Shown here in pieces: positions 50,531 through 62,503 of a DNA stretch of 64,000 nucleotides. The notes beneath the pieces are model-generated. The model made no database searches, had not been told where the DNA came from, and worked only from the letters and a program-made list of their open reading frames with translations. Source of the DNA: Monocercomonoides exilis PA203 (Eukaryota > Protista > Preaxostyla); assembly GCA_001643675.2 (NCBI GenBank), contig LSRY02000029.1:1-64000 (forward strand), given 5' to 3'. Every line of letters starts with the position of its first letter. Position 1 is the first letter of the stretch. Position numbers and translations under genes: made by a program.

Positions 50531-51530
50531 ATCATCGATTCTTCTGAAGAATGTGGACTTCTTTCATTTGATTCAATTATTAAACAGTTTTCTTTCGCAT
50601 TAATTTCAGTTTGTCCTGATTGAGATGATTTTTCACTAATCTGAACAAATCTATCAATCGCGATGAAAATAAATTTCCGTATTGACAAAAAAATTAAATC
50701 ACAAACATTCTGTCTTGTATCTCATCACTTGAATGCGATGAACCGAAAAGTACCTTGCCGTAAAGTGGAGAAGTTTCTGTGATCATTCACTCAGAAAAAG
50801 CGTAGCAAATATTGGGAGTATCTCGAAAATTACCATTAAAATAAAAAATATTTCCACAGCAAGTTATATTCTCAAAACAATCATGAGTGTATAATTTGAT
50901 ATTGGAGTCAATATATCAAACATCATTTATTTTCGATAAAATTCCAGGAAAATCATTTGAGCTTTATTTCTAAATCTCATAAACGCGAATCCAAACGAAA
51001 ATGTTAGAAGATTTTTTGAGTGCAGAATGCTTGATGTTCATGTTTTATTCAGAATCGTTTCAAATGATATTGAGCAATTTGTTGTTAAATAAAAAGTTAT
51101 CTCCAATTTCAGGATTCGTTCTCTATAAGCTTTTCACAGTTTATGCTGCATAATGGCTTGTCATTTGCTGAAGTCTTCTTATAAAGCGAAAGTTATTTGT
51201 TGCATGTCCATGATATGATGCGGTTGGCAAAAAAACAAAAATAGATCCAAATTTTCAAATTTGAATGCATGAAATCAGTAAAATAAATTGCAAGCTGAAA
51301 ACTTATTTAGTGTAGCATTTTGATTTATTCAAAGATATCAGAGTCAATAACTGTTCAAGTGATTGCGTTTTCCAAATGCGATGCAACGTTCCAACAAATA
51401 ACTTTTAAATTATTGTGAAAACACGGACAAAATTATTAATAAATATAAGATATCTTAAACAGAATTGCAGCAATTTTCTTTCAGAAAATAAAAAAACATT
51501 GTTATAATGGTTGTGCGCATCGAAATGATA

Positions 51531-53200
51531 TTAGACGCCTGTTAAATGATTTGCATTCTGTTGATTCAGCAGTGATGAGTTGATGCTGGTGATGGTGCAG
51601 TTGGCGAGGGAGAGGGAGAGGGCAGGGGAGGTTGCAGAGGAGAGGACACAGCTGGTGGGGGTGGAAGTAGAGGTGATGTGGGTGATGCTGGAGGAGTTGA
51701 GGGTGAGGGGAGCGGTGAGGGAGGTGAGGTGGAAGATGCTTTGACTGTTGAGGGCGAGACTGGTGATCGCTGTGTGGTTGAGGGCGAGGGAGCCAGCAGT
51801 GAGGAAGAAAAGTGGTGTTTTTATTGTTATGGAGGTTGTTCCGGTGATGGTGGTTGTGTTGAGGTTGAGGGAAGGGGAGTTACCGGAGAGGTGGAAGAGG
51901 ATGGGGGTGATTTGATTTGTGGAGTTGTGGGCAATGGCGAGGGCAGAGACTGTGAGGGAGCCCTGGGTCTGTTGGAAGAGGGCAAAAGTGGCAGATGGAT
52001 CCGGTGGTGGTGAGGGAGATGATGAAGAAGAATTTGGTTGAAGAATGCCACTGGAGGAGATGGTGGTGGCAGTTGTGCCATTTCCTGTGATTTTTGTATT
52101 TGGGGCACGAAATGTGAGAGTCTTTGTTGGAGTGAAAGTGGAGAAGAGAAGAGAGAGTGAAGCATCACTGAAGGGAGCAATGCATCCAAGAGCATACTCC
52201 ACTGTGGCACATGAGCTTTGCTGTGTTTTGCCACAGGCATCAACATCACTTCCACCATTTGCAACGATTTTGTTCTGGTCAATGATTGGAAGCCAACTGT
52301 TGTACATCGCATTATCTGCAGTTCCTGCATTCCACACTCTTTTTGATGCTGTTGTTGAGCCACATTGCTGGAATGGAGATTGAGTAATGCTGCTGCCATT
52401 AAAGAACACATCATTCCCTCTGCCATTAGTTGCTGTGTTGCTATCGAAGAAACAAAACGAGATGAATTTCATTTCATTCATCCAGGAATGAGTGTCATCC
52501 AAATAAATACCAGCCCCACCAAGAGATGAAGTTGAACTTGACAATTTGTTATTAATAAACTGACAATCATTTACTAAGAATTGATTTGGCTTGTTTTCTG
52601 GAGGCGAATGAAATGTTAAAGAACCAGTGGAGTCTCCACCAGTATTTGCGATACACTTGCATTTGGTGAACAAGAATTGACCGTTTGAAGAAAAATCACC
52701 AATATAAAAGAACCATCCAGTTCCACGCCAATCTGTAATTGAGCAATTTCCCACTCTGTTATCAGAAAACGAATAAACGGAAGATGATTGCCGACCATCA
52801 ATGCAAATTGCTCCTCCATTTTGTGCTGAACAACTTGTGAAATTGGATTTTGTAATATTCATATTTTGCAAATAGCAACTGTATAACGCTCCACCATTTG
52901 TTCCATCTGTTGAACAATTGTTGAATGAACAAGATGTGATTGTGAGATTGGCATTCTTACATAAAACGTAAAGTGCTCCACCCCAATTGTCTCCGCTGTT
53001 TGAATCGTTCCATTCGCACCATTCGAAGCGATGGCTGTTCTCGTCAAAAGAATCCAATCTTCCAGGTTTCGCTCTTTGTGTTTCAGTTCCAACATGAACC
53101 ACAGCAGCATTTGATAAAGTGCGTGTTTGGTGAAGAAAAGAAGAGTTGAAGGCAGAGAGAGAAATGGAAGAGGTGTTGATGGAAGAGAGGATTGATCATT
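51531..53200 (-). CDS. Right-handed beta-helix adhesin/PMP-like surface protein, 3'-truncated
   Basis: GGALY/GGAI/FxxC/FxxN repeats in a 523-aa ORF. Ends abruptly where the paralog at ~7500-7900 continues. 5' start uncertain. Confidence 0.7.
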
Positions 53201-56200
53201 TGATAGTGTTCTATATGCGTCGGAAGAGAAATCTGTTGATGGGGATGCGCGAATATAAATAAATGTGATTATGGAAATTAAATATCTGTTTGCGAGTAAT
53301 CCTGAGGATGAAGAGAGTTAAAAATATGGAGTATCAAAAAATAAAAAGGTTTATAGAATTTGAAACATGTTAGAAAACTGTATAATCGGTTTAATAAGAA
53401 GATAAATATCGAAAAAGCAAATTTTGAAATAATATAAAATGTTTTTCATAAAAAACGATATCTTGAAAAATAACCATACATAATTTTTAAAATTCAGTGT
53501 TTTATATATTTCTTGTTAATGATTTTTTACATTGTTTTACAACAAGGTGAAAAATGAAAAACAACATTGTTTGAAAATTGCTGTTGCTTAAAACAAAAAA
53601 AGCAATAATTACCTTTAAAATGCTGAACAAAATGGCACAGAAGTTGTTGTTGATGTTACAGTTATTAAGAAACAGTTTGCAATTGCGAAGAATCAAAAAA
53701 AAAAATTTGATGAAGCTTTTATGATTTGTATATTGTGAAAAATGAATTTTTAATAGTAATAATCAGACATACTCGCATTATATAACTCACATTTTCGATT
53801 ACATAAGTTAGAATAGCACTTTAAACGAATTATTGAATTATTCTATTTTTTTTAGAAGTTGATTATTGAAAGATCAAAATTTTTGCAAAAAGAGAATCAA
53901 AAAAAAACTTCAGTATTTCATATCAATCTTTCATGCTAATAATTTATTGTAATATTTTTTCATGTTTTGAACATTCTAATCATAATAGGATGAAGATTTT
54001 AAAAATAAACAAGTCAATTCAAATAAACAGGGGTTATTTAAATTAACCCCCACAATTTTAAATTATTTTTTCAATTTGAATAATTTGATTCAGATCTGCA
54101 TTGTATCGAATGGAAAAATGATAACATCAAATAGATGAATTGCACAATTTTTGTGTAATTAAAAAATTTTTGCATAATTTTGAAATTCGGATATGTTATT
54201 TTGAAATTATCAAGTAATTTTGAAATTTCTCAGAAAAATTGAAAATAAGGCAGATATTTTATGTTTCACCAACAAATTTTAAGCTAAAAATAAATTGTGG
54301 GAAGATCTGAATTTTTCCCGAAAAAATTTCAGAAATCAGAAATAGCTGTTTATATATCACAACTATTTTTGAAATATCAAATGAATAGTTTTCAGAACAT
54401 TCACCAACAACTTTTGCGAAATATGTCATTTTTCGTATTTTTGTGACAATTATTAAGAAAAAATATATTATTTTGTGTTTTATACGATTATTAAAATGTT
54501 TTTTGCAACAAATGATTACCAACAGTCAAAACATTTCAAATTATCAATTATAAATAGTTTAAATTACTGAGTCGCAAAATTTGACAGAAAACATCAAAAA
54601 TGAATCAAAATTGCTAAAAAGAAATCAAAAATGTTTCAAATATTGATGTTATGCACAACAATGAATATTTTCTGGAGAAAAAAAATGTTTTATGGTAGAA
54701 AAAATGCCATAAAAGTGAAAAAATAATACAGTTTCATTCTGGTTATATATCCTCATTATGTTTAGCTGAAGGGATAGTCAAAATCATCCAAAGATTAAAG
54801 CAAATCTCATTGCTTCTTACTCTTCCTCTTTCTCTTCTTCTTCTCTTCAGCACATTCCTCTTCTCTCATCTGCTCAAACATTCACAGAAACAGCATTTGC
54901 ATGGGCACAGGCGTTTTTTCAATGATGAGAAAATCCGAAGAACATCAGCTTGATAACAAAATTTTCTCAGTATCTTTTCAATGAAGCAGTTGTCAGTTCA
55001 ACTTACATCAATTCTTCCTCAAGAGAAGAAGTCACCACAGACCAGTTCCTCTTTTCTCTCTTCTTTCAATCCATTAAAAATTTCATTTCCGCATCTCAAT
55101 TGTTTGTTGCATGTCCTCTTCTGCCTAATCATCATTTTCCTCTCTTTACTTCGGCTTTTGGTAAGTTTCGCCTTATGAGCCTTCCAAAACCTTCAAAAAT
55201 ATATCTTCTTCTCTTTTCCTTATTATTTCTTCCAGCTCATTCCTCCGCACTCCCCTTCATTTATCATATCCTGATTTCGTTTTATGCATCCTATATCCCC
55301 TCAAACCACATCCCATGTTCATTCATTGTCGTCGAACAATCTTGCAAAAATCCTTCTTTCATGAAAAATAACAATAGATGATAAAAACTATTGATTCAAA
55401 AAGCAAACATATATCTTTTATAATGATCATTCTTAACTGATTTTTTCTTTCTTTCTTTTTCTTTTTAAAATATAAACAAAAGCTCAATCCTCTGTTCTGC
55501 TTCCGCTCAAATTACCTCCACAAATTCCATTCTATTAAAATACAAGCAATGAAAAAGATTCCATCAGAATCCCTTCCCATCTCTTTTCGCTGTGTTTCTT
55601 TCTTCTTCTCTCCATTTCCCCTCAAAACAACAACAACAACACCCCACCAAATATCACAATCCCTTCGCCCAAATCCCTTCTCCTTCACTCCCTGTTACTT
55701 CTTCTCCCGTCATCCTTCTCCTAATCAAAAAATAAATACTTCATTTCTTTGTATGTCTCTGGCGCAAAACACCCTATCATTGTCAGCACCTCATTTCGAT
55801 CCATCCCTGTCACGCCTCTGTCTCCACACCTCCAATGCAAAGCGCCAGCGCTGATGTTCCTTCTTCCCGTCTTCCTCCACCCCCACCTCCATCCCTTGCC
55901 CTGCAAATGAGAGGCGCGGCAAAACTGTCCACCCAACAAAAAATAAAATATGAAAAAAAATATTTCTCACTTTTTTCTTCAAACCCACTTCTCTTTCTAA
56001 TCAAACATACATCCACAAATACTCTCCTTCTTGCTCCGCCTCATATGAACCCTCCTCTCTCCCTGCATTTGAAAATAAAAAAACATCTCCTCCCCACATC
56101 TCTCTATCTCTCATCTTCACCTCCAATATATATTTTCCATTCACTCCACCCATCTTCCACCCTTGTTATCTTCCCTCTTATCCCACCGTCAACACAACAA

Positions 56201-57803
56201 ATTCCTTTTCTCCAATAATTAATACAACTTCCACTTTTTCCAACTCACAAGAATCGAAAAAACAACCTCTCCAAACCTCATCCCAATCCATCTCCCAAAC
56301 ATCCATTTTGCCTCTTAAACCTCACAAAAACACCTCTTTCTCCCCCCAAAAAAACCATCCTTTTATCATTCCATAACCCTCCAAAACCCTGCCTCCTCCA
56401 AAAACTCAACTCCATCGCTCCACGCCATAAATCCATCCTTTTGTTATCGCATTGTCTTCATATGCCCGTTCAGCAACGACACATCGAGTTGTGCCCCTTT
56501 TCTTTTGTGGCTCTTATTCGTTATGGAAAATGATCAAGAAATATCAAATGCTCAGAAACTGTCAACGGGGTCAGATTCCGAAGCTAAAACAAAGACAGGT
56601 TGACTAAGTGAATTAAATACAGTGAAAACGCTGAGTATTATAAAAACAATATCTGCTTGATGGAAGATGAAATTGTTTATTTTGATTGATGAATGGCTAG
56701 GGGGCAACAATATTTTCGATGGAAATGCAGAATTTTTGATGTATGCCTTTTATATTGTGCTATTGATTGTGAAGATGTTTCCATCCGTAACCTCTCCAAA
56801 GTCGTGATACTGACGATTTATATAAAATGGACAATTTATTCTATGCAGGCAGAACAGCGAGGAAGCTAGTCAAACATTACCTAACAAATATATAAGAGCC
56901 TGAATGTATTTTATTACGAATATTGATGTTCTTTATTTTGGACTAAACATGCGCAATGGATAGAAATATAACGTAAATGAATTTTGCGAGAACGATGAGC
57001 TTCTGGATGTGAAAGACTTGTGGATATAAGAGATTTTTTTTTAACTTACGATGATGATGAATGACTCTGTCTAAAAAAAAATATGAAATAAATATTTTGT
57101 AAGAAATAAATGATGAGAAAAAAAATGAAGAAAAACGAGGATAAAAGGCTGAACAGGAAGTTTGAAGACAAACATAAATTTAACTGCTCTTTTATTGAAG
57201 CAAGAACTTGGAAGAATTGAAGAAAAGATACTGTGCTGTTGAAGGACATCATTGAAACTTTTTTTTTAATATGCATTCTATAATCTCTTTTTTTGAAGAA
57301 ATTCTTCAACAAAAATATTTGAAATCGTTATGAATGCAGTTTATCGCGATTTTTTCCTATTGTTTATCAAAAAATACAGCGATAAAACTTTTTATTTAAA
57401 AAATCCATATCAATTACCAAATAAATTTGTTCAAATATTATTTCTTCAAAAAAAAATTTTTATAACAACTGTGCATTTTTATTTAAATTAACTTGAATAA
57501 CTTCATGAGTATGCATAATACACTGCTCATCAGAATTATGTGATCTTGATGATGCTTCTTTATTTTTTTGTAATAAAAGCAAAAGTCAAAAGCTAAAATT
57601 TGTCGATCAGTTAATTACGAAATGATATAAAAGATTTATCGGTTTTTATGTTTAAAAAAAGACTTCATCAATATTAAAAAATGTTTGTTTTATTATTTGA
57701 CAGGAAATTTTTTTTCAAAAAAATGTGATCCGGAAAAAAAGGTTAATTTGCGAATGATAAAAGCATTAATACAAAAAAAGAAATAATACTCAAACAAAAC
57801 AAA

Positions 57804-59254
57804 ATGACAAGTATTACAAAGGGCTCGATTCAAAAGAAAATTCATATACTGAGCGATTAAGGGAAAGGAAGAAACGAAATTGCTCGTTTATTAAATACAG
57901 TCTAAACCGGATATAATCACATCTGTTTTTGCACAACTTTTTGCGACTATATCCGATTGTGATAATATACGATGCTGCTTAACACAGAAAAAAATTGAAA
58001 ATTAATTTTGGAAATAATTAATTTTGGGTCATTTTTTTATTTTTAAAAATTCGTCATCAAAACGCATTTTTCACTTGCGAAATGAATTTTTTTCATTAAT
58101 ACACATTATTTTAACTTTTTTGAGCACATATTTGAAAAAGCGAAAAATAGAAATTTTTGATCAAAAAATCGAGTTTTGAATGAAAAAATAACCCATAATA
58201 ATATAAAATGTGATTATATATATTTAGCCCTGTGATTATATGCGATGGAAAATGAATGAAAAATAGGCCAAAAATGTCGGTGCATGGAAAAATGTGACTA
58301 CACACGAATGTGATTATATTCGACGTGATTATATCCGGTTTAGACTGTATTTCAGTCAATACTGCAAAAAAGTACTTCAAAACAAATTATATTCAAACAA
58401 AACGGCTAATCAGACGCAAACTCGGAAGGCCACTTATTTTTAATCCTGCTCTGTTGAGAAAAGCAAAAAAAGAATCAAAATGCCTGCAAATTCGAAGAGT
58501 CAGAGACCGAACCGATTTTCTTGGTGTGAATTGCAGTAATTTTACTGCTCATCGACTATTGCGCTTGATAAATAGAAAATACACAAAGAGAAAAATATAA
58601 CCTTTCCTATCAAAGGATGCTTGTGAGAAGAAAGATGTATTTGCTGAAAAACATTTAAGGGATGAAAAATTATGCGAACTTACGATCTTCGCTGACGAAA
58701 AAAAATTCAATTTATTTGGACCAGATAATACAAGAATGGAATGGAATGAAAAAGATAATGATGAAATTTTCGACCATCAAAGTCAGAATATCTATGAAAA
58801 AACAAATATATGGGTTGCAGTGGGTTATAATTTCAAATCACCAATCGTTTTTGTCAGCGAAACAATGAATTCTGAGAAATATTGTCGTATTTTGAAATTT
58901 TCATTGATTCCTTATGCACGCAAGCGGTTTATAAATAATGGGAGATTTATCCACGATAATTCACCAATTCATCGATCCTTTAAGGTGCAAAATGTAATCA
59001 GAGATTTTTCAATAATTGGCGTAGAATGGCCCCCATATTCTCCAGATTTGAATATCATCGAAAACGTGTGGAGCATTTTATATAGGATGGTTTTCAAAGA
59101 TGGAAAACCAAAGAAAGATGTGAATGAGCTGAAACAATCAATTTTGGATGCCTGGAATGAAATTGAAATGGATATTATTAATAAACTTGTTCATTCGATG
59201 TTCAAACGACTTAAAACGGTTATATTAAATAAAGTAGGATCAATAAACTATTAA
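57804..59254 (+). pseudogene. Tc1 DD34E transposase interrupted by a MITE and two TAA codons
   Basis: EIARLLN|ISVNTAKK HTH across the insertion, GRP, IFADEKKF, IHDNSPIH, WPPYSPDLNIIENVW (34 spacing). TAA at 57858-60 and 58598-600. Confidence 0.92.
57898..58347. mobile_element. 450-bp Tc1/mariner-type MITE
   Basis: Perfect 23-bp TIR CAGTCTAAACCGGATATAATCAC with TA TSD (57896-97; 58348-49). Internal TGTGATTATAT subterminal copies. Removing it restores the host reading frame. Confidence 0.95.
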
Positions 59255-59715
59255 TATATTTTGATTATGTTATTGGTATTAATTTTTGAAATTCAGCTAT
59301 TATTTTAAAAATTCAGATCACATATTTTTGACAAAAAACTTTTTTCAATTTGCAGGAAAATCGTTCTTTTTTTATTGTTTTAGAAAAGAGAAAAGAAAAT
59401 TATCTCTATTGCAAAGCATTAACGTGCTTGATAATTATAATAATTGAATGTGTTTTTTTTCTATCATAACTGTTGGTTCATTTTTTCAATATTTGCAAGT
59501 GGATCAGTTATTTTTGATGGTCAGTGTATAATTTCACACAAAAAAAATTTTGACTTCCTGAGTAATTGCAAAATTCCCCAAAAATTTCAAAATTTCCATA
59601 GGCAATTTCAAGATAATTGGGCTATTTCAAAATAATCCAATAATTTTGAATTTTTTTTTATTTCTCAATTCATCTAATTAACCCATATTTATATTTTTAA
59701 AACAAAAAAGAATAA

Positions 59716-61194
59716 ATGGGAACTTCAGAATCTTCCTTAAAAGAACTTGAAAGTTCTGATACCAAATTAAAAGCAGATGTCATTTTATCTAAATTAGGAT
59801 TCGATGTGAAAGAGTTAGATGCTGACAAACAAGAAGGAATTTTGGAATATCTTAGGAACACTGCTCAAACTCTTGTAAATTTCATTTCAGATGGAACATC
59901 AACATCTCTTGCTCTTTCAATTGCAAGTCATTTGAATGCTCATGCACATGAAGCAGATAGCATTGCGGAAATGATTTCAAATAAAATAAGTTTTTATTCA
60001 AAGTTTTTATTTTTCAAATTTGAATAATTTCAATTTTAGGTAAAAATGTTGAAATCCATGAAAATGAGTGTGATGCCTCTGAGTCATCTATTAGCATTTC
60101 GAAGGAATGTGCACTTCTCTCAGATGTTAGCAAATCTCAAAGAAGAATTAAGAAGTTCATTTGTCAAGTTTGCTTTTACTAAGTGGTTAATTTTTTTTTT
60201 TTGAATGCATTAAAAAAACTTTTCTTAACGTTGCCAGCAAACAATGGAGCTTCATGAAGAATTATTAAATCTTTCGCGAGCTATTGCATTTCCTGAAGAA
60301 TTTAAGGAAAGATTTATGGATGGAAGCAAAGAATTAGAAAACGATCAAAACGATCAAAGTTGTGATGACATAAGGAAAATTGAAGATTCTAATCGGAAAA
60401 AAGCAAATGAAAAACTAATTAAACATGAAAAAAAGCCCAAAAAAGAGAGAGCAAAACATATTGAAGCTTCATTCTTTCCACCTGGGTGCAGTGTTGTTGC
60501 TGAAGGAAAGGAGGCGAATTGGACAACCACTGAATCAGCAGCGCTGTATGTTGAGCCTGCTGTTTCCAAGGGTGTCGTTCGCGCAACGTTCCGCCTGTCA
60601 AACACCGGGGAACCAGCAATGAATGCAGGTGTTGGGATATGTGCGTCTCCTATTGAAGACGACTTTTCGACGCAACCTGGGTTGAACAGCCGCTCGTGCC
60701 TGTGGTCGTGTAACGGGTCGCTGACGCAGGGCGCAGACCAGTCAGCGACTCCGACTGTGTTCCACGACGAGGAAGAGGTGAGTGTGGAGGTGGATGTGGA
60801 CAAGAGGGTGGTGGTGTTCTTCAAGGGAGAGGAGGCGTGCATGCTGTGCTTGACGTCGATTCCTCACTCTGTGCAATTCGTCGTATGCTACCTTTACTGA
60901 TGTTTTGTTTTTGATTGTTTTATTTTATTTTATTTTATATTTTCTTTTTGATCGAAATATTTTTCTTTTCTGGATCAACCATTCAATTTTTTCTATTTTT
61001 TTAACTGTTTCGTTGTTTTTTTTTAAAAAAATTTTCAACAAAATAAATATTTTCTATACACTTTTATTAATAATGTTCACTTTCAGGTCTATGCGCGCAA
61101 TGAAGGGGCGACTGCCACAATTGTGTCAATGACGAAAATAAAGAGTCTTTCCGTTGATGTGAACAATCTTATACCAATTGAATGGCACGATTAA
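59716..61194 (+). CDS. Host protein (~384 aa, 4 exons) with coiled-coil and C-terminal SPRY/B30.2-like domain
   Basis: Exons 59716-59989, 60040-60167, 60238-60882 and 61087-61194 join in frame via GT..AG. Motifs AGVGIC...PG...S and EEVSVEVDVDKRVVVFFKG are SPRY-like. Confidence 0.75.
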
Positions 61195-62503
61195 GATTGA
61201 AAACAAATACCCTTTTTTTTTTGTTTATTTTAATTGAAATATTCTTCCTTTTTTTTCAGATTTCGAACTGGTTTTTGGATTGTTGTGTGTGTAATTTTCG
61301 AATTGAAAAAAAAAATTCTTTTTTTGTTTGCTTTAACATTTAAAGTTGCCTTTTTATTTTGTTTTTTCAAAAACAATATGAATGAAACAGTTCTTTCATA
61401 TAGAACAATTTGGATTTTTTTTTTAAAAAAAAATGGACTTACCAGACGAATCAAATGAGAAGAAGATTTTTAGAATAGGAAAGGTGAAGAATTCGAAAGT
61501 GCTGTCAAACGAAAAAACGCAAAAAAATAACGTCATTCTTTAAAAAATTGTCAAAAGATTAGCAAATGTTATTTTTAACACTGGAATCATCTGACAATAA
61601 AAGAAAGAAAGAAAAGAAAAGAAAAATCAACAAAAAAAGAATATAAAATCTTGATTAAAACAGAAAAAAATAGAATAATATTTTCCAAATGGAAAGGTTG
61701 ATAATATTGTTTTATTCAAGAAGAGCAAATTATTTAACACAATTTTCAAGAGGAAAAGTGAATAAAACAACGTTTTGCATTTCGACATTAGCTGAATTAA
61801 TGCAAACTTTGAAGCAAGTAAAAATGGCAATTGTCCATTTTCTCATAACAAAACTGTAATCAACAAGTTAAAAATCAAATGCAAAACACAAAAAATTAAA
61901 AAATAAATAAATAAAAATTTTGAATCCAATCTTAAAACAAAGATTTCTTATCAAAGCAATCAATAGTGGGCACAATAAAACTTTCATTAAATAATTAAAA
62001 AGAAAAGAAAAGAAGGAGAAAGCAATAATAAAAAATTAAAACAAAAGTCAAAGAAAAAAGATTTTTTTAAAGAAACAAAATTTGTAAGAATTTCAATTAA
62101 ATAAAGAATTAAATAAAAAAAAAAAGAGGCTTCAGAGACAAGAAAAGAACCTAAAAAAGAAAATACATTGATGATATTTATATTGAGAAAATGTTGATTC
62201 ATTAAAAGCAAGCAAGAAAGAAAGAAAAAAGAAAGTTTATCAATAAAGAACAAATAAATGAAAGGTTAATAAATAAATATGTGTGAATTCAAGTAAAACC
62301 GCAACAAAAACATTTAAAGAAATTAATAAGAAGTTCGAATTACCTTTATTTATTTTTTTAAAGAAGAATCACAAAAAATAAATGAATATTAATTTCGAAA
62401 AAAAAGAAGAATGAAGAAGAAATAAATAATTGGCAATAAAGTGAAGATAAAGATAAAATAAAGATATTTGCACACATTTGAAAAAATAAATAAATAAACC
62501 AAT

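Larger units (their letters stand above)
57521..59526 (+). mobile_element. Tc1 element with degenerate IR/DR-type ends
   Basis: TA-CACTGCTCATCAGAATTATGTGATC versus GATCAGTTATTTTTGATGGTCAGTG-TA (19/25). Inner copies of the ATGTGATC motif at ~57710-57733 and ~59312-59338. Confidence 0.75.

Noticed and set aside
27769-59254. Non-standard genetic code (TAA/TAG = Gln, as in Streblomastix)
   Set aside because: The 1330-aa fusion gene has many CAR codons and no internal TAR, and it, both Tc1 ORFs and the SPRY gene end at TAA.
60905-62253. Phe/Leu/Ile-rich short ORFs
   Set aside because: Intronic or intergenic AT-rich noise. The same applies to most 60-110-aa ORFs in the track.
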